From assembly GCA_030390025.1 (NCBI GenBank), contig CM059431.1, forward strand, positions 154,692,001 through 154,756,000: a stretch of DNA of 64,000 bases, in the 5' to 3' direction. The DNA is from Squalus acanthias. Lineage: Eukaryota. Position numbers and translations under genes: made by a program. Every line of letters begins with the position of its first letter. The first letter of the stretch is position 1. This document shows, piece after piece, positions 22,301 through 31,860 of this stretch. Under the pieces are notes generated by a model, which saw nothing but the letters and a program-made list of their open reading frames with translations, was not told where the DNA came from and did not search any database.

Positions 22301-24755
22301 ACTTGCCGGGTTGAAGATGAAGGGATCCGTCAGCTGGAGCCCATGCTGCACAAATGTAAAATACTCAGGTATTGCGCAGAAATAGTTACATCAACTCTTT
22401 CACTGGCATGTGTGATATTATTATTTCAGTGAAAAGCAAAAACACATTATACATTCGATCAGTTAATGAGCACATTCACGCATTCGCCTCTATATTGTGC
22501 TCAATGGAACGGTAAGAGACGGCGCCGTTGTGTCTGTTCCGGAAATACCTGTAAGTGCTGGAATGCTCATTTAAATAGATCGGTTTGGGTGTTGACAACA
22601 TCAAATTCGATTTTAACGCACTCTTTGTACCACATGAGAATCTGGATTAATCAGTGCAATATACTCCCCTCACCTTGACCATCATATATTACATCTCTGT
22701 TGGGAATTAAACACAATTTCATAGAACTTTATAGAACAAATGGAGGCCATTCGGGCCATCGTGGACATGCCGGGTCTTCCAAACAGTTTTCTAATTAGTC
22801 ACACTTCCCTGCTCTGTCCCCATAGCCCTGCAATTAGATACCCTTCAAGTATTTAACCAATTCCCTTTCGAAAGTAACTATTGAATCTGCTTCCACTAGC
22901 CAGTCAGGCAGTACATACTAAACCATAACAACTCGCTGCATCAAGCAAATTCTCCTCATCTCACCTCTATTTTTTTGCCGTTTAACTTAAAATTGTGTCC
23001 TCCATTAACTGATCATCTTGCCATAGGCACCTTGTCATTAAGAAAAAAATTGGCTTTGTGTTAAACAATTACAATAAATGTTAAAGAAAACTGTTTTATT
23101 TGGCAGTTTGATTAAATTACAAGTGAGTTATTACCGTCCTGTCAGAAAGTTCCCAATTCCTCGATCATACCGATTTGCCGACTCAATAGCTTGTTGTTGA
23201 GCTCAATTATGCCAAGTGAGACAGTAAGATGTGGGTTCGCTTCTGCGAATCCTAAAACTCTGAGTACACTTCCCAGCGGCACAGTTACGTTAAGGCATCA
23301 TGAGAGGCAGAGAGGAAAGGAATATGCAACAGAATATCACTCCACCTGTTATTAGGCATATTAGATTGATGTGTTATAATTCCCCTCAGTAGATTGTCCA
23401 ATAAACTTCTCAGTTAATTCTTCTTGTTTTGGCATGAAGTGCATTTTTAACCTCAGTGCATTAAAAAGATACTTCTCCTACAATAGAGACAAGGTCGGGG
23501 GTACGGTCCCTATATTTACCTCAAATTTATTCTTTTAATAAAGAGAAGCACCCCTGAGAGATATTTGTACTGGATTCCTCTTCGTTACAGACCACCCATT
23601 TACAGCATTTAATCTGTCAACTACTCAGTAACTACATTACATGTAACAGTTTTATAACGTGTGGTTAAATTTTGACCTCCGACATTAAAGTAACTTCCGG
23701 GTTACTGCTTTTACCACATATGATATTTGCAATTAACTTAATGAAAATCACAGAATAGCATTTAAGTTACGGGTCTTATATTAGAGTTTTTATGGTCCAA
23801 CGTGTCCCACGTTAAATATATCACTTAATTGACAACATTTCCTGTCTGCCGCATTAATCCATATTCATTAATCATGTTGTTTATTTGTTTTTAGACTCAA
23901 TGAGAATAAACTGGGAGATTCGGGAGTGAAACGGCTTTCTGCAGTTCTACAGAAAAATGATTGTAAAATACAGAGACTGGAGTGAGTAATTTTGAAAAAA
24001 ATTCGTACAGCACCACGAGAGATATAATTATGTATAAAAATACGATTTACATTGTTAATGATAACCAGTCGATCTCACTGTTCAATTTACTTTAAAACGG
24101 AAGTAATTTAGAAAGGGTTCAGTATGCATATATCATGAACAGGATTACCCCCAGCCCACCTTCATTTTGGAATTCCAAAGTAATTCTTTGCATTTGGCAA
24201 AAAATTAACGTGTGTGTGTGTTTTGTATAATCTGTGTTTATGTTTCGATCTCTGAAGGTTAAAATCTAATGCTCTCACAGATGAGTGTGTGCAAAGTCTG
24301 GTCTCTGCTCTCCGTATAAACGCTTCACTGATGGAACTGGATCTGAGTAACGATAATCAGGATGGTGAACAGTCCAACATATTGACTGACAATTCTGTTC
24401 TGTTATTGCGCAGTCTCATACAGAGCAGCGATACTCTCAAGGAAATCAGGTGATTTTTTTCCTGGTTAACTATTAATTATTTAAATGTTCTTTCACGTGT
24501 AAAATATATTTTCATATTTTTACTTTAATAAATGGACTTGTAATAGAAAATACATCGTCATTATTTTGCGGCGAATGTATATCCTCCATACGATTAAACA
24601 CAAATATTTTGAATGAATCTCACAATATCGCTACTCATAGTGAACAGAGTAAAACTTATTGATAACAATTGTCTTTATTTTAATATTTTTACAGATTGAT
24701 ACGCAATCAGCACATTGCAGAAGAAAAGCAAATTCTGACGTCAATCAATGTATAG
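1383..24755 (+). CDS. Spliced NLR gene (tandem CARD-like modules + FISNA-like/NACHT + short LRR), 5'-partial, 9 exons, 998 aa within the window
   Basis: Exons of 199+170+199+170+199+1720+87+192+61 nt total 2997 nt. All have AG/GT boundaries and compatible phases, there is no internal stop, and the frame ends at TAG 24753-24755. NACHT motifs: GSSGIGKST, LFIFDDLDQ, LITSRP, CYNPLYC, FTHSVIQDFVAA. Confidence 0.85.
1645..2030 (-). mobile_element. 3' fragment of a non-LTR retrotransposon (RTE/RTE-X-like); paralogous copy at ~11015-11410
   Basis: ORF 1705..2004 ends LPNSMVGEPSTHGLQRFRNAANHHLLKGN, a LINE C-terminus. Family assignment is from recall. Confidence 0.55.
2633..2802 (+). CDS. NLR exon A1: N-terminal half of a CARD-like module (ENADNEILPTLANYTDFQLRRVIGCYRQRLEQSIEEVVEAVSQSLVDANMLTETNVK)
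   Basis: Acceptor ccttcacAG and donor AAG|GTATGT; 170 nt, phase 1 to 0, open frame. Resembles, from recall, the helical N-terminal repeats of elasmobranch NACHT-LRR proteins. Confidence 0.78.
2862..7604 (-). mobile_element. Near full-length decayed CR1 LINE (SGNH-esterase ORF1 plus APE/RT ORF2 fragments), intronic and antisense to the NLR
   Basis: ORF1 motifs VIGDSIL, HIGTND, DGLHFN; ORF2 motifs KFADDTK, KSPGPD, NFFTQRV. Absent at the matching site in unit 2; ctgttt occurs on both flanks. Confidence 0.92.
2885..3647 (+). mobile_element. MITE (non-autonomous DNA transposon), ~760 bp, GGCC-ended TIRs
   Basis: Ends GGCCCAGAAATT...AATTTTCGGGCC, with GC-rich arms and an AT-rich core; co-linear with 29020..29779. 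Inserted in the CR1 3' tail. Confidence 0.85.
10751..10949 (+). CDS. NLR exon B2 (paralog of B1)
   Basis: ttcttgttAG acceptor, AAG|GTTAGT donor, 199 nt open: EIRNLAECHRRSDASQLIFDSVLEKGARGERTMWNILLQLQNTKPKLKMTLSEMQNRNTEGESDLE. Confidence 0.78.
12010..12179 (+). CDS. NLR exon A2 (paralog of A1)
   Basis: ccttcaaAG acceptor (AAG rather than CAG), AAG|GTATGT donor, 170 nt open; overlaps ORF 12039..12233. Confidence 0.72.
12631..15788 (-). mobile_element. Young 5'-truncated CR1 LINE (end of ORF1, complete ORF2, 3'UTR, (TATGTATC)n tail) in an NLR intron
   Basis: Absent from the matching position in unit 1 (~8020); tail repeats at 12631-12650. Confidence 0.95.
12728..15595 (-). CDS. CR1 ORF2, APE endonuclease + reverse transcriptase, 955 aa, uninterrupted
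   Basis: Motifs YLNARS, GITETW, GDFN, SDHN (APE) and YLDFQKAFDKVPH, VPQGSVLGP, FADD (RT). Confidence 0.95.
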   Translation of the reverse strand: MRNKKQRAKPIHKKCEHKKSLRVLYLNARSIRNKVDELAVEIEVNNYDLIGITETWLQGEQGWELNIQGYSVFRKDRQKRKGGGVALLVKEGINAIERKYINSVNTESIWVELRNSEGRKTLIGVVYRPPNSKIEVGEGITREIREACNKSTAVIIGDFNLHIDWNSLISKNNEEEEFLECLRDGYLDQYVEEPTREQAILDWVLCNEKGLISNLVVRGPLGQSDHNMIDFSLEMESEEIDSETKVLNLNKGNYDAIRRELSRSDWTTFLGGLEVDKQWEAFKDRMTKLQKLFIPIWHKRKSKKVTQPWITGEIRDSIKSKDRAYKIAQKSTRAEDWEQFKIEQRRTKGLIKRGKIAYESKLAENIKTNSKSFYKYIKRKRLVKTKVGPLHSDTGEYITGNKEMADQLNAYFGSVFTKEDTKNLPGISGKIGTFAKEELTQVNISKDMVLRKLKGLKADKSPGPDNMHPRVLKEVALEIAHALSMIFQNSLDSGTVPMDWRVANVTPLFKKGGREKAGNYRPVSLTSVVGKMLESIIKDEIAEHLANGDRIGQSQHGFTKGKSCLTNLLEFFEGVTGKIDGGEPVDVVYLDFQKAFDKVPHKRLAGKIEAHGIKGKVLTWIEHWLSDRKQRVGINGSFSEWQAVTSWVPQGSVLGPQLFTIYINDLDQGVGCSISKFADDTKLGGGVGSEEETRKLQSDLDRLGDWADKWQMHYNVDKCEVIHLGCRNGRANYYLNGNKLGEGEVQRDLGVLVHQSLKASMQVQQAVKKANGMLAFIAKGLEYRNRDTLLQLYRALVRPHLEYCVQFWSPHLRKDVLAMEGVQRRFTRLIPGMAGLTYEERLCSLGMYTLEFRRLRGDLIEVYKILTGLDRLDAEGKFPLAGENRTRGHNLRIRAKPFRTEMRGNFFTQRVVNLWNSLPQRAVYASSLNIFKRELDIFLQAKGVKGYGEKAGTGY
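18490..18688 (+). CDS. NLR exon B3 (paralog of B1/B2), the last module exon before NACHT
   Basis: tcttgttAG acceptor, AAG|GTTGGT donor, 199 nt open: KIRSLAECHLRSDASQLIFDHVLEKGAPGERQMWTILLQLQNTKPKLKMTLSEIQNRCTEGESDLE. Confidence 0.78.
18750..20303 (+). mobile_element. Decayed 5'-truncated CR1 (RT region and 3' end)
   Basis: ORF fragments 19015..19455, 19639..19902 and 20119..20304 carry RT motifs; gactct-repeat tail. Confidence 0.9.
19304..19344. repeat. (TA)n microsatellite inside the CR1
   Basis: About 20 perfect TA units. Confidence 0.98.
20649..22368 (+). CDS. Large NLR exon: FISNA-like region + NACHT NTPase + helical domains + first LRR
   Basis: Contains most of ORF 20894..22432. The frame stays open upstream to the acceptor tattcaAG (EIELKHKDTLRKQNEK...LDEKYADVTIV...). 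Walker A GSSGIGKS; donor CAG|GTATTG after HKCKILR. Confidence 0.92.
22720..23020 (-). mobile_element. Short CR1 3' fragment in an NLR intron
   Basis: Resembles other CR1 3' ends in the window (catagaac..., ggaggccattc, ttccctgctctgtccccatagccc). Confidence 0.65.
23895..23981 (+). CDS. NLR LRR exon (87 nt: LNENKLGDSGVKRLSAVLQKNDCKIQRLE)
   Basis: tttttAG acceptor, GA|GTGAGT donor, phase 2-2; typical ribonuclease-inhibitor-type LRR. Confidence 0.88.
24258..24449 (+). CDS. NLR LRR exon (192 nt: LKSNALTDECVQSLVSALRINASLMELDLSNDNQDGEQSNILTDNSVLLLRSLIQSSDTLKEIR)
   Basis: tctctgaAG acceptor, CAG|GTGATT donor, phase 2-2, two LRR units. Confidence 0.85.
24695..24755 (+). CDS. NLR terminal coding exon (LIRNQHIAEEKQILTSINV*)
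   Basis: ttttacAG acceptor; phase 2 completes the LRR motif; TAG stop; ATTAAA motifs downstream near 24771 and 24892. Confidence 0.7.
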
Positions 24756-26398
24756 GATTACTTCAGTGTAATTAAAGAATGAAGGTTTACGATGAAGATT
24801 GTTTTATGTAAATATCCTAATTATTTTTTGGGTTTTACTCTATATAATGCAAACAATTTTGAACATGATTTCGGGACCTGCGGTAGAGGAAATTAAACAC
24901 ACTTGGAACTGAGTAATGACGAGGAGATTTAAACTCACGGTTTCCGAGTCGGGGGGCCGCCGTGTCAACTTTCAACAAAGATATATCGCCTGCTCCGGTA
25001 TCTGTGAACCGTGAGCCAAGTAATGGAAATTTGTATCAAAACAAAACCATGGCATGATTACTATTAACGCCACTAATGTGTCAGGATTTACACGCATTAA
25101 TCGCACTGCTCGACTTCTCTGTACATTCAAAGGACAGGGAGCTCAGGCATTAGGATTACCAACTGGTTCCCCCCACTGATATCGCTGAGATCGATGTGAC
25201 AATATTATTGATTAATCTACCATTATTTTTTGCAGTATTTAGCTTTATTAGAAATTACTTTTCCTTTTTTCAATTAATTCATGTTGGCGAGAATTGAAAC
25301 TTGTTCAAACTAAACTGATATTATATTTTACGTTCATATGTTTAAAGCAGATATGGAAAGGGACAAAGGGCGCGCAAGGGTGAAGACACCCAACTGGAAG
25401 AGAACCAATTTCAGTGATTTAAGAAGGGAATCTAGCAGAGCCGGACTGGAAGGAATGATTGGGCAGGAAAACAGTAAATTAGCAATGGCAGGCAGTTGTG
25501 GACATATATTTAGGGTACAAACGAAGCGTATGCACATAAGGAGGATATATGGGGCTTCGAAAGCTCAAGCACCCTGGGTGAAAAATAAATATACTTTAAA
25601 ATAAAATTGAAAAAGGATGTTTATGAAAAAATTCAGGTACAGGGGAATGTACAAAACCAGGCAGAGAGTGAAGGGGAAAATTGAACAAAAAGATAAAAGA
25701 AGATCAAATACATTGTACGAGGAAAGATTATTGGATAACATAAAATGGGACAAAGAAAACATCCTTTAAAACTTATAAAAAGTAAACGGATAGTTAATTG
25801 AACGGTGGGCCGATTAATGCTGCAGTTGAGGAAGGGATTATAAATTGTGTGAAGGACAAATATAGAAAGAAAGCAGGAGCTCGATAGTTTGGAATCCCTC
25901 AAAATTACCAAGTCACCCGACCACGTGGGATGCACCCTATTTTGCTGAGGGAAGCTATGGTGGAGATGCCAAATCACTGAACAAAATCTTTCCATCCTGC
26001 TTGGAAATGAGAATGGTGCCAGAGGACTGAAGGATTGTAAATGTTTCACCCCGTTCAAAAAAGAGGAGGGGTTAACCCTGGTAACTACAGACCATTCAGT
26101 CTTACGTCAGTGGTGGGAAAACAGCTGGATAGCTTTGTCAAGCACAAAATTAACTCTCTATTAGAGAAGCATGTGTTAATAAAGAATGGATTTATTAAAA
26201 GTAAATCGTGTCTGATGAACCTGATTTGTTTCTTTGATGAAGTAATTGAAATGGTTGATAAAGTTAGTGCAGTAGAGGTGTAAATGTTTTTTCAAAAAGC
26301 GTGTGATATCGTACCACATAACAGACATATTCGGAAAATAGAAACGCATGGTATTAAATGGCCGGTGATAAGTTTGCTACCTAATCGGCTAAGAGATA

Positions 26399-29300
26399 CC
26401 AGCGGCGGAGCATAAAACCGTGGGGAAACAGCGCTGACCTGATTAGAAACACCAGGAGCGGCAGAACCGTGGACGATTTCCAAAAGAAATCGAAGAGTGG
26501 CATCACAAGACAGCAGGTAGGTGATTGGTTGGTGATTATTAAGGTTTTTTTTCGCTAACATCGGATAGTGGTTTAAACTCGGTGCAGGAAACTATAACTG
26601 CATTAAATGTATACATTAACTAGTTAAACTATTTAATATAACTATAAAAATCTTTGAATAATAATATTAGCTAATTAAATGAATAAAAAAAGCTCGTCTA
26701 AGATATGGCTGTGCAGTTTGTGTGTCTGGATTGCAGTATGTGGGAGTTGGTGGACGGCGAGACTGTCCTGAGGAAACACGTCTGCAGGAGATGTCACCAT
26801 CTTGAATTTCTCCGGCTCCGAGTCATTGAGCTGAAAAGCGAGTTGGAGAAACCACGACACATAAGGGAGCGAGAGGAATTTCTGGACAGTTTTAGCCAGA
26901 GTACAGTCACACCCGAAAGGAAAGCACAGGTTCAGGAAGGTAAGGGTTTGACTGCTAGGGAGCCGGGTAGCGGGGATATCAGAGAGGTTGAGAAGGAGTT
27001 CGCCCAGATACTGGTCCTGTCCAACAGGTATGATGTACTCGCTACCTGTGAGGACAAGGTGAAAGACTGCAGGGAGGAAAGCCACAATGCAGTCCAAGAC
27101 ACCGTGGCTCAGAGGACTGTCCAGGGAACGGGGGCGGAAGAGCCGGACAGAAATGTAGTAGTGATAGGGGACTCTATAATTAGGATGATATTTCGCCTCC
27201 TCGGCAGCGATGAACGATAATCCCGAAGGATGTGTTGCCTACCTCGTGCCAGGGTAAGGAATATCTCACGGCGGCTGGAGAGGAATTTGGATATGGAGGA
27301 GTGAAATCCAGTTTTCGTGGTCCATGTTGGAGCAAACGACATAGGCAGGAACAGGGAGGAGGTTATCCTGAAAGTGTTTCAGGAGACAAGCACTACATTA
27401 AAGGCATCCTCGAGTTTAATAATCTCCGGGTTATTGCCCGAGCTGCGTCCAAATTGCCAGAGAAGCAGACAGATCAGGAGAATTAACAAGTGGCTAAAGG
27501 GCTGGTGTGGGGAAGTGGGGTTCCTTTTCATGGGACACTGGCACAAGCCCTGGGACAGGAAGGAGCTGTACCAATGGAACGGTGTCCACCCGAACCGGGA
27601 TGGGAGCCGTGTCGCAGCAGAAATGATAAATAGGGAGGTGGCAAAGGATTTACACTAGTAAGAATGGGGGAGGGATCTATAAGAAACGTAAGCAGCTAAA
27701 ATATAAACCAAACAGGAAATGCGAGCATAGGGAAATAATAAAGTAAGGGAGGATATTGACGGCAAGGGAGCAAATAAAGTTATAGAACAACAGTCTAAAA
27801 AGATGGTTAAACATAAAAAGAGTGGAAATGCGATTAAAAGTGAGTTAACATATATGTACAGCAATGCACACAGTGTCTGAATTAAAACAGTGGAGCTGGA
27901 GGCAATCGTGCGTTGGGATGAACCAGCCATAGTAGAATTATTAAGAGATGGCTACAGAAAAATTAGGGTGGGAATTAAACATTGCAGATTATAACATATT
28001 TAGAAAAGATAGAGAGGATAAAAGGGGGGGGGGGCGGTGGAATAGCTGATGAGGGATACCATATTGGCTGTAGAAAAAAGGGATCTAGATATCAGCGTGA
28101 CAAAAATAGAATCCATATGGATAGAGATAAAAGATAATAAACGATCAATTACCCTAATAGGTGTATTCTACAGACCACCTAATAGTGAAAGGGAGGTGGA
28201 GGAAGAACTATACAGATAAATTAGAGCATGAGTAAAAAACAAAGAATAATAACCATGGGGGATTTCAACTGCCCCGATAATAATTGGACAGAAGAGGTAA
28301 TTAAAGGGGATAATAGAATTGAGTTCCTACAATGTCTACAGGACACCTTTCTAGCCCAATATGTAAAAAAGTCCAACAAGGGAGGATTCGCTATTGGATA
28401 TAATTATGGGGATTGAGCCAGAGCAGATAAGTGATGTAAAAGTAGGTAAACATATGTGCAATAGTCACCATAATATAATATGCTTTAAGATGACAATAGA
28501 GAAGGCAATAATGGCAAATTACCAAGTGAATAGATTGGAGAAATGTTGATTTTGAGGGGCTGAGAATGGAATTTGTGTAGATAAAATGGGCAACAATATT
28601 GGCAGCAACGATGTAGAACGACAACGGGAAACATTTAAAACAGTGTTCAATAAAATGCAGTAAAATATATATTCCGCTAAAAGTAAAGAACAAGCTAAAC
28701 ACTGATACCACTTCATGGATGAAAAAGGAGAAAGGAAATAATTAAGTTTATGGAAGAGGCATACATTCAGTACACAGACAGCAGAGGAGTGCATGATAAG
28801 AGAGAATACCAACGGATTAGGAAAGAAGTCAAAACTCCAATAAGCTCGGCAAAGAGGAACTATGAAATTAAATTATCATGGAATATAAAGAGAAAGAGTA
28901 AAATATTTTACAGGCACATAAATAAAAAAGGAAGGTTGGGATGGGAATATGGCCCTTAAGTGATGGACAGGACAATACCAAAAGTAACGATAGGGAGATG
29001 GCAGAAATATTAAATCATTGGCCTAGAAATTCGCGTGGCCGGCTTGCCACGGGGGTAAGGATCGCGCGCGCTCTTACCCACTGCGCCTGCCGTTGTGTTT
29101 TAGGCCCCCAGGGACTTCGGGTCCTGGGCCTCTCCCAAGAGCCGGCGCGCAGTGTTTGCAAGTTCCAGGCGCTCATTTAGTGCGATGCGACCGCTGGGAT
29201 CACGTGGGCCATGGAGAGCGAAGGGCAGCAGACCATCTTTCATTCATAGATTTGACAGGAGTCCTGTCAAATCTGTGAATTGAAATGGGCCGCAAAAGAA

Positions 29301-31498
29301 CGGCTAAACTTAAAATAAATGAAAGAAAAAAACCATCAAATTTATAAAATAACTATAGTTAAATAAATTAAACACTTTAAAAACAAAGTTAAATTTTTCA
29401 AAAAATTATAATACTTTTTAAATGTTATAAAAATAAACTTACCTTTCTTTAAAGTATCTAAAAAAGATAAACCTGTTGAAAAAAAAATTATACTTAATTA
29501 ACTATTTACCTTGTTCAACAGGGGTCTTACGCCTCCTTTTTATTAGCGTAGAATCTTCAATACTTACCCTCGCGTTGAAACCTGAAAAAAAATCTAAGTG
29601 TGCTGCGTGCGCGCCGCCTCTAGCGCGCACGCGGTTCACCTAGGAACCGCCCCGTTCACCATACTGGGAGTTCCAGTTTCCCGCGCATGCGCAGTGCATG
29701 CAGGAATCCGGCACTTCGGGAATGAAAAGGGGTGAGTGCAAACTGAGTACTCACCCGGGAACGGCCGAATTTTTGGGCCATTATTTCGCTTCGGTATTTA
29801 CCAGGGAGATAAAACAGGTGGACATGACGTTGGATAATGAGATGAGTAAAATGATAAGTGCATTTAAAATAAAAAAAGAAGATATATTAAATAAACGAAT
29901 CAAACTCAAAGAGGATAAAACACCTGGTCGGGATTTATTGCATCCATGCATTTTATTAGAATCCAGGGAAGAGATAGCAGAAGCATTAGAACACATTTTT
30001 AATAATTCGTTAGAAAATGTGTAGTGCCAGAGGACTGGCGGATAGCTAACGTAATACCTATATTTAAAAAAGTGGATAGAACATGTCCAGGGAATTATAG
30101 ACCAGTCAGCTTAACAACGGTGAAAGGAAAAATAATGGAATCCCTACTAAAGGATCGAATAGAAGAATATCTAGAAACGAAAAGTATAATCATGAATAGT
30201 CAGCATGGATTTCAAAAGCAAAATTCTTGCTTGACCAAAATTATTGAATTTTTAGAAGAACTAACAGAGAGAGTAAACAATGGTAATTCAGTAGATGTAA
30301 TTTATCTAGATTTTCAAAAGGCCTTCGATAAGCTACCTTAAAATAAACAAATGAATAAAGTCAGACAATGCAGAGCCAGGAGACTAGCAGCAGAATGAAT
30401 GGCTCGCAGGCTTCCAGACAGAAAGCAGAGAGTGGGAGTAGAGGGTAGCTATTCACAATGGCAGAAGGTGGGTCGTGGTGTTCCACAAGGATCAGTGCTG
30501 GGACCACTGCTGTTCACAATTTACATTAACGAGTTAGATTTAGGAATCAAAAACACAATTTCTAAATTTGCGTATGATACCAAATTGGGGGTCGCGGGAC
30601 AGACCATACCGAAGAGGATTGCAACAAATTACAGGAGGACATGAATAAACTTGCAGAATGGACACATAATTAGCAATTCAAGTTCAACACAGGCAAATGT
30701 GCGGTATTATATTTTGGTATGAAGTATGGGGAGGTTACTTATCACTTGGAGGGTGCGAGTCTAGTTGGGATATTGGAACAAAGGGATCTCGGAGTGCAAA
30801 TACACAATTCACTAAAAGTTGCGCCACAGGTTAGCAGGACCATTAAAAAGCAAACCAAGCAAAAGGGTTTATTCCTAGACGGATACAATTGAAAAGTAGG
30901 GATATTATGCTAAACCTGTATCGAACCTTGGTGAGATCACACCTGGAGTACTGCGTGTAGTTCTGTGCGCCTAATTATAAAAATTATATCGAGGCACTGG
31001 AGAGGGTGCAGAGAAGATTTACAAGGATGATACCAGAAATGCGAAGGTATACTTATGAGGAAAGGATGAACAGTCTGTGTCTCTTTTTACTTAAAAAAAG
31101 AATGCTGAGAGGTGACCTGATAGAGGTATTTTAAATTAAGAAAGGTTTTGATAGAGTGGATACAGAGAGAATGTTTCGACTTCTGGGGATAAGTATAACG
31201 AGAGGCCATCAATATAAGATATTCACAAAGAGAATCATTAGCGAATTCAGCAGAATCATTAGCCAGAGAGTGGTGAGAATGTGGAACTCGCTGCACAGGG
31301 AGTGGTTGAAGCGAATAGTTACGATGCATTCAAGGGGGAGCTTGACAAACATATGAGGGCGAACAGAGTAGAGGTTTATTCTGATAGATTTAGATGAAGA
31401 AAGACGGGAGGAGGCTCGAGTGGACCATAAGCACCGGCATGGTTTTGTTGGACCGAAAGGCATGTTTCTGTGCCGCATATCCCTTGTAATCCTATGTA
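26399..31498 (+). mobile_element. Full-length decayed CR1 (5'UTR, zinc-finger/esterase ORF1 26705-27658, disrupted ORF2, tail)
   Basis: ORF1 motifs CLDC...CRRC, VIGDSII, HVGAND; ORF2 fragments. AGATA is duplicated at 26394-26398 and 31499-31503 (TSD). Confidence 0.9.
29020..29779 (+). mobile_element. MITE, 760 bp, ~14-bp imperfect TIR, 3-bp TSD ATT
   Basis: GGCCTAGAAATTCG...CGAATTTTTGGGCC flanked by ATT on both sides. Removing it restores the CR1 ORF2 peptide MAEILNHYFASVFT. Confidence 0.92.
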
Positions 31499-31860
31499 AG
31501 ATAGGAGGCAGTGATAAGTGGTGAACTGCTGTTTTTCTGACCGGAGATAAGGCTGCAATAGAGTCCACAGCGGGCGGTATTCGGACTATTGCTTTTCTTG
31601 TTACATATAAATGACCTGGACATGGGCATAGGGAGTACAATTGTGAAGTTTGAGGATGATACAAAACTTGGCAACGTAGTAAGTATTGAGCAGGAATATA
31701 GAGGACTTCAGGAAGATCTAGGCGGACTGGTGTAAGGTGCAGACTCACGGAAGATGAAAGTTAATGTGGATAAATGTGAAGTAATGTAATTGGGACGAAC
31801 AACATGTCGCAGCAGTATAGTTTAAACGGTACTATTTTGAGGGGTTGCAAGAGCAGAGGG

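Larger units (their letters stand above)
25335..31860 (+). mobile_element. Old decayed CR1 (host), split by a younger full-length CR1
   Basis: ORF2 remnants (PGNYRPFSLTSVVGK) at 25335-26398 resume at 31499-31860. Confidence 0.8.

Noticed and set aside
20894..22432. ORF as a standalone single-exon 512-aa gene
   Set aside because: The start is a TTG inside a longer open frame beginning at a splice acceptor, and the last ~20 residues are intron read-through past the donor at 22369.
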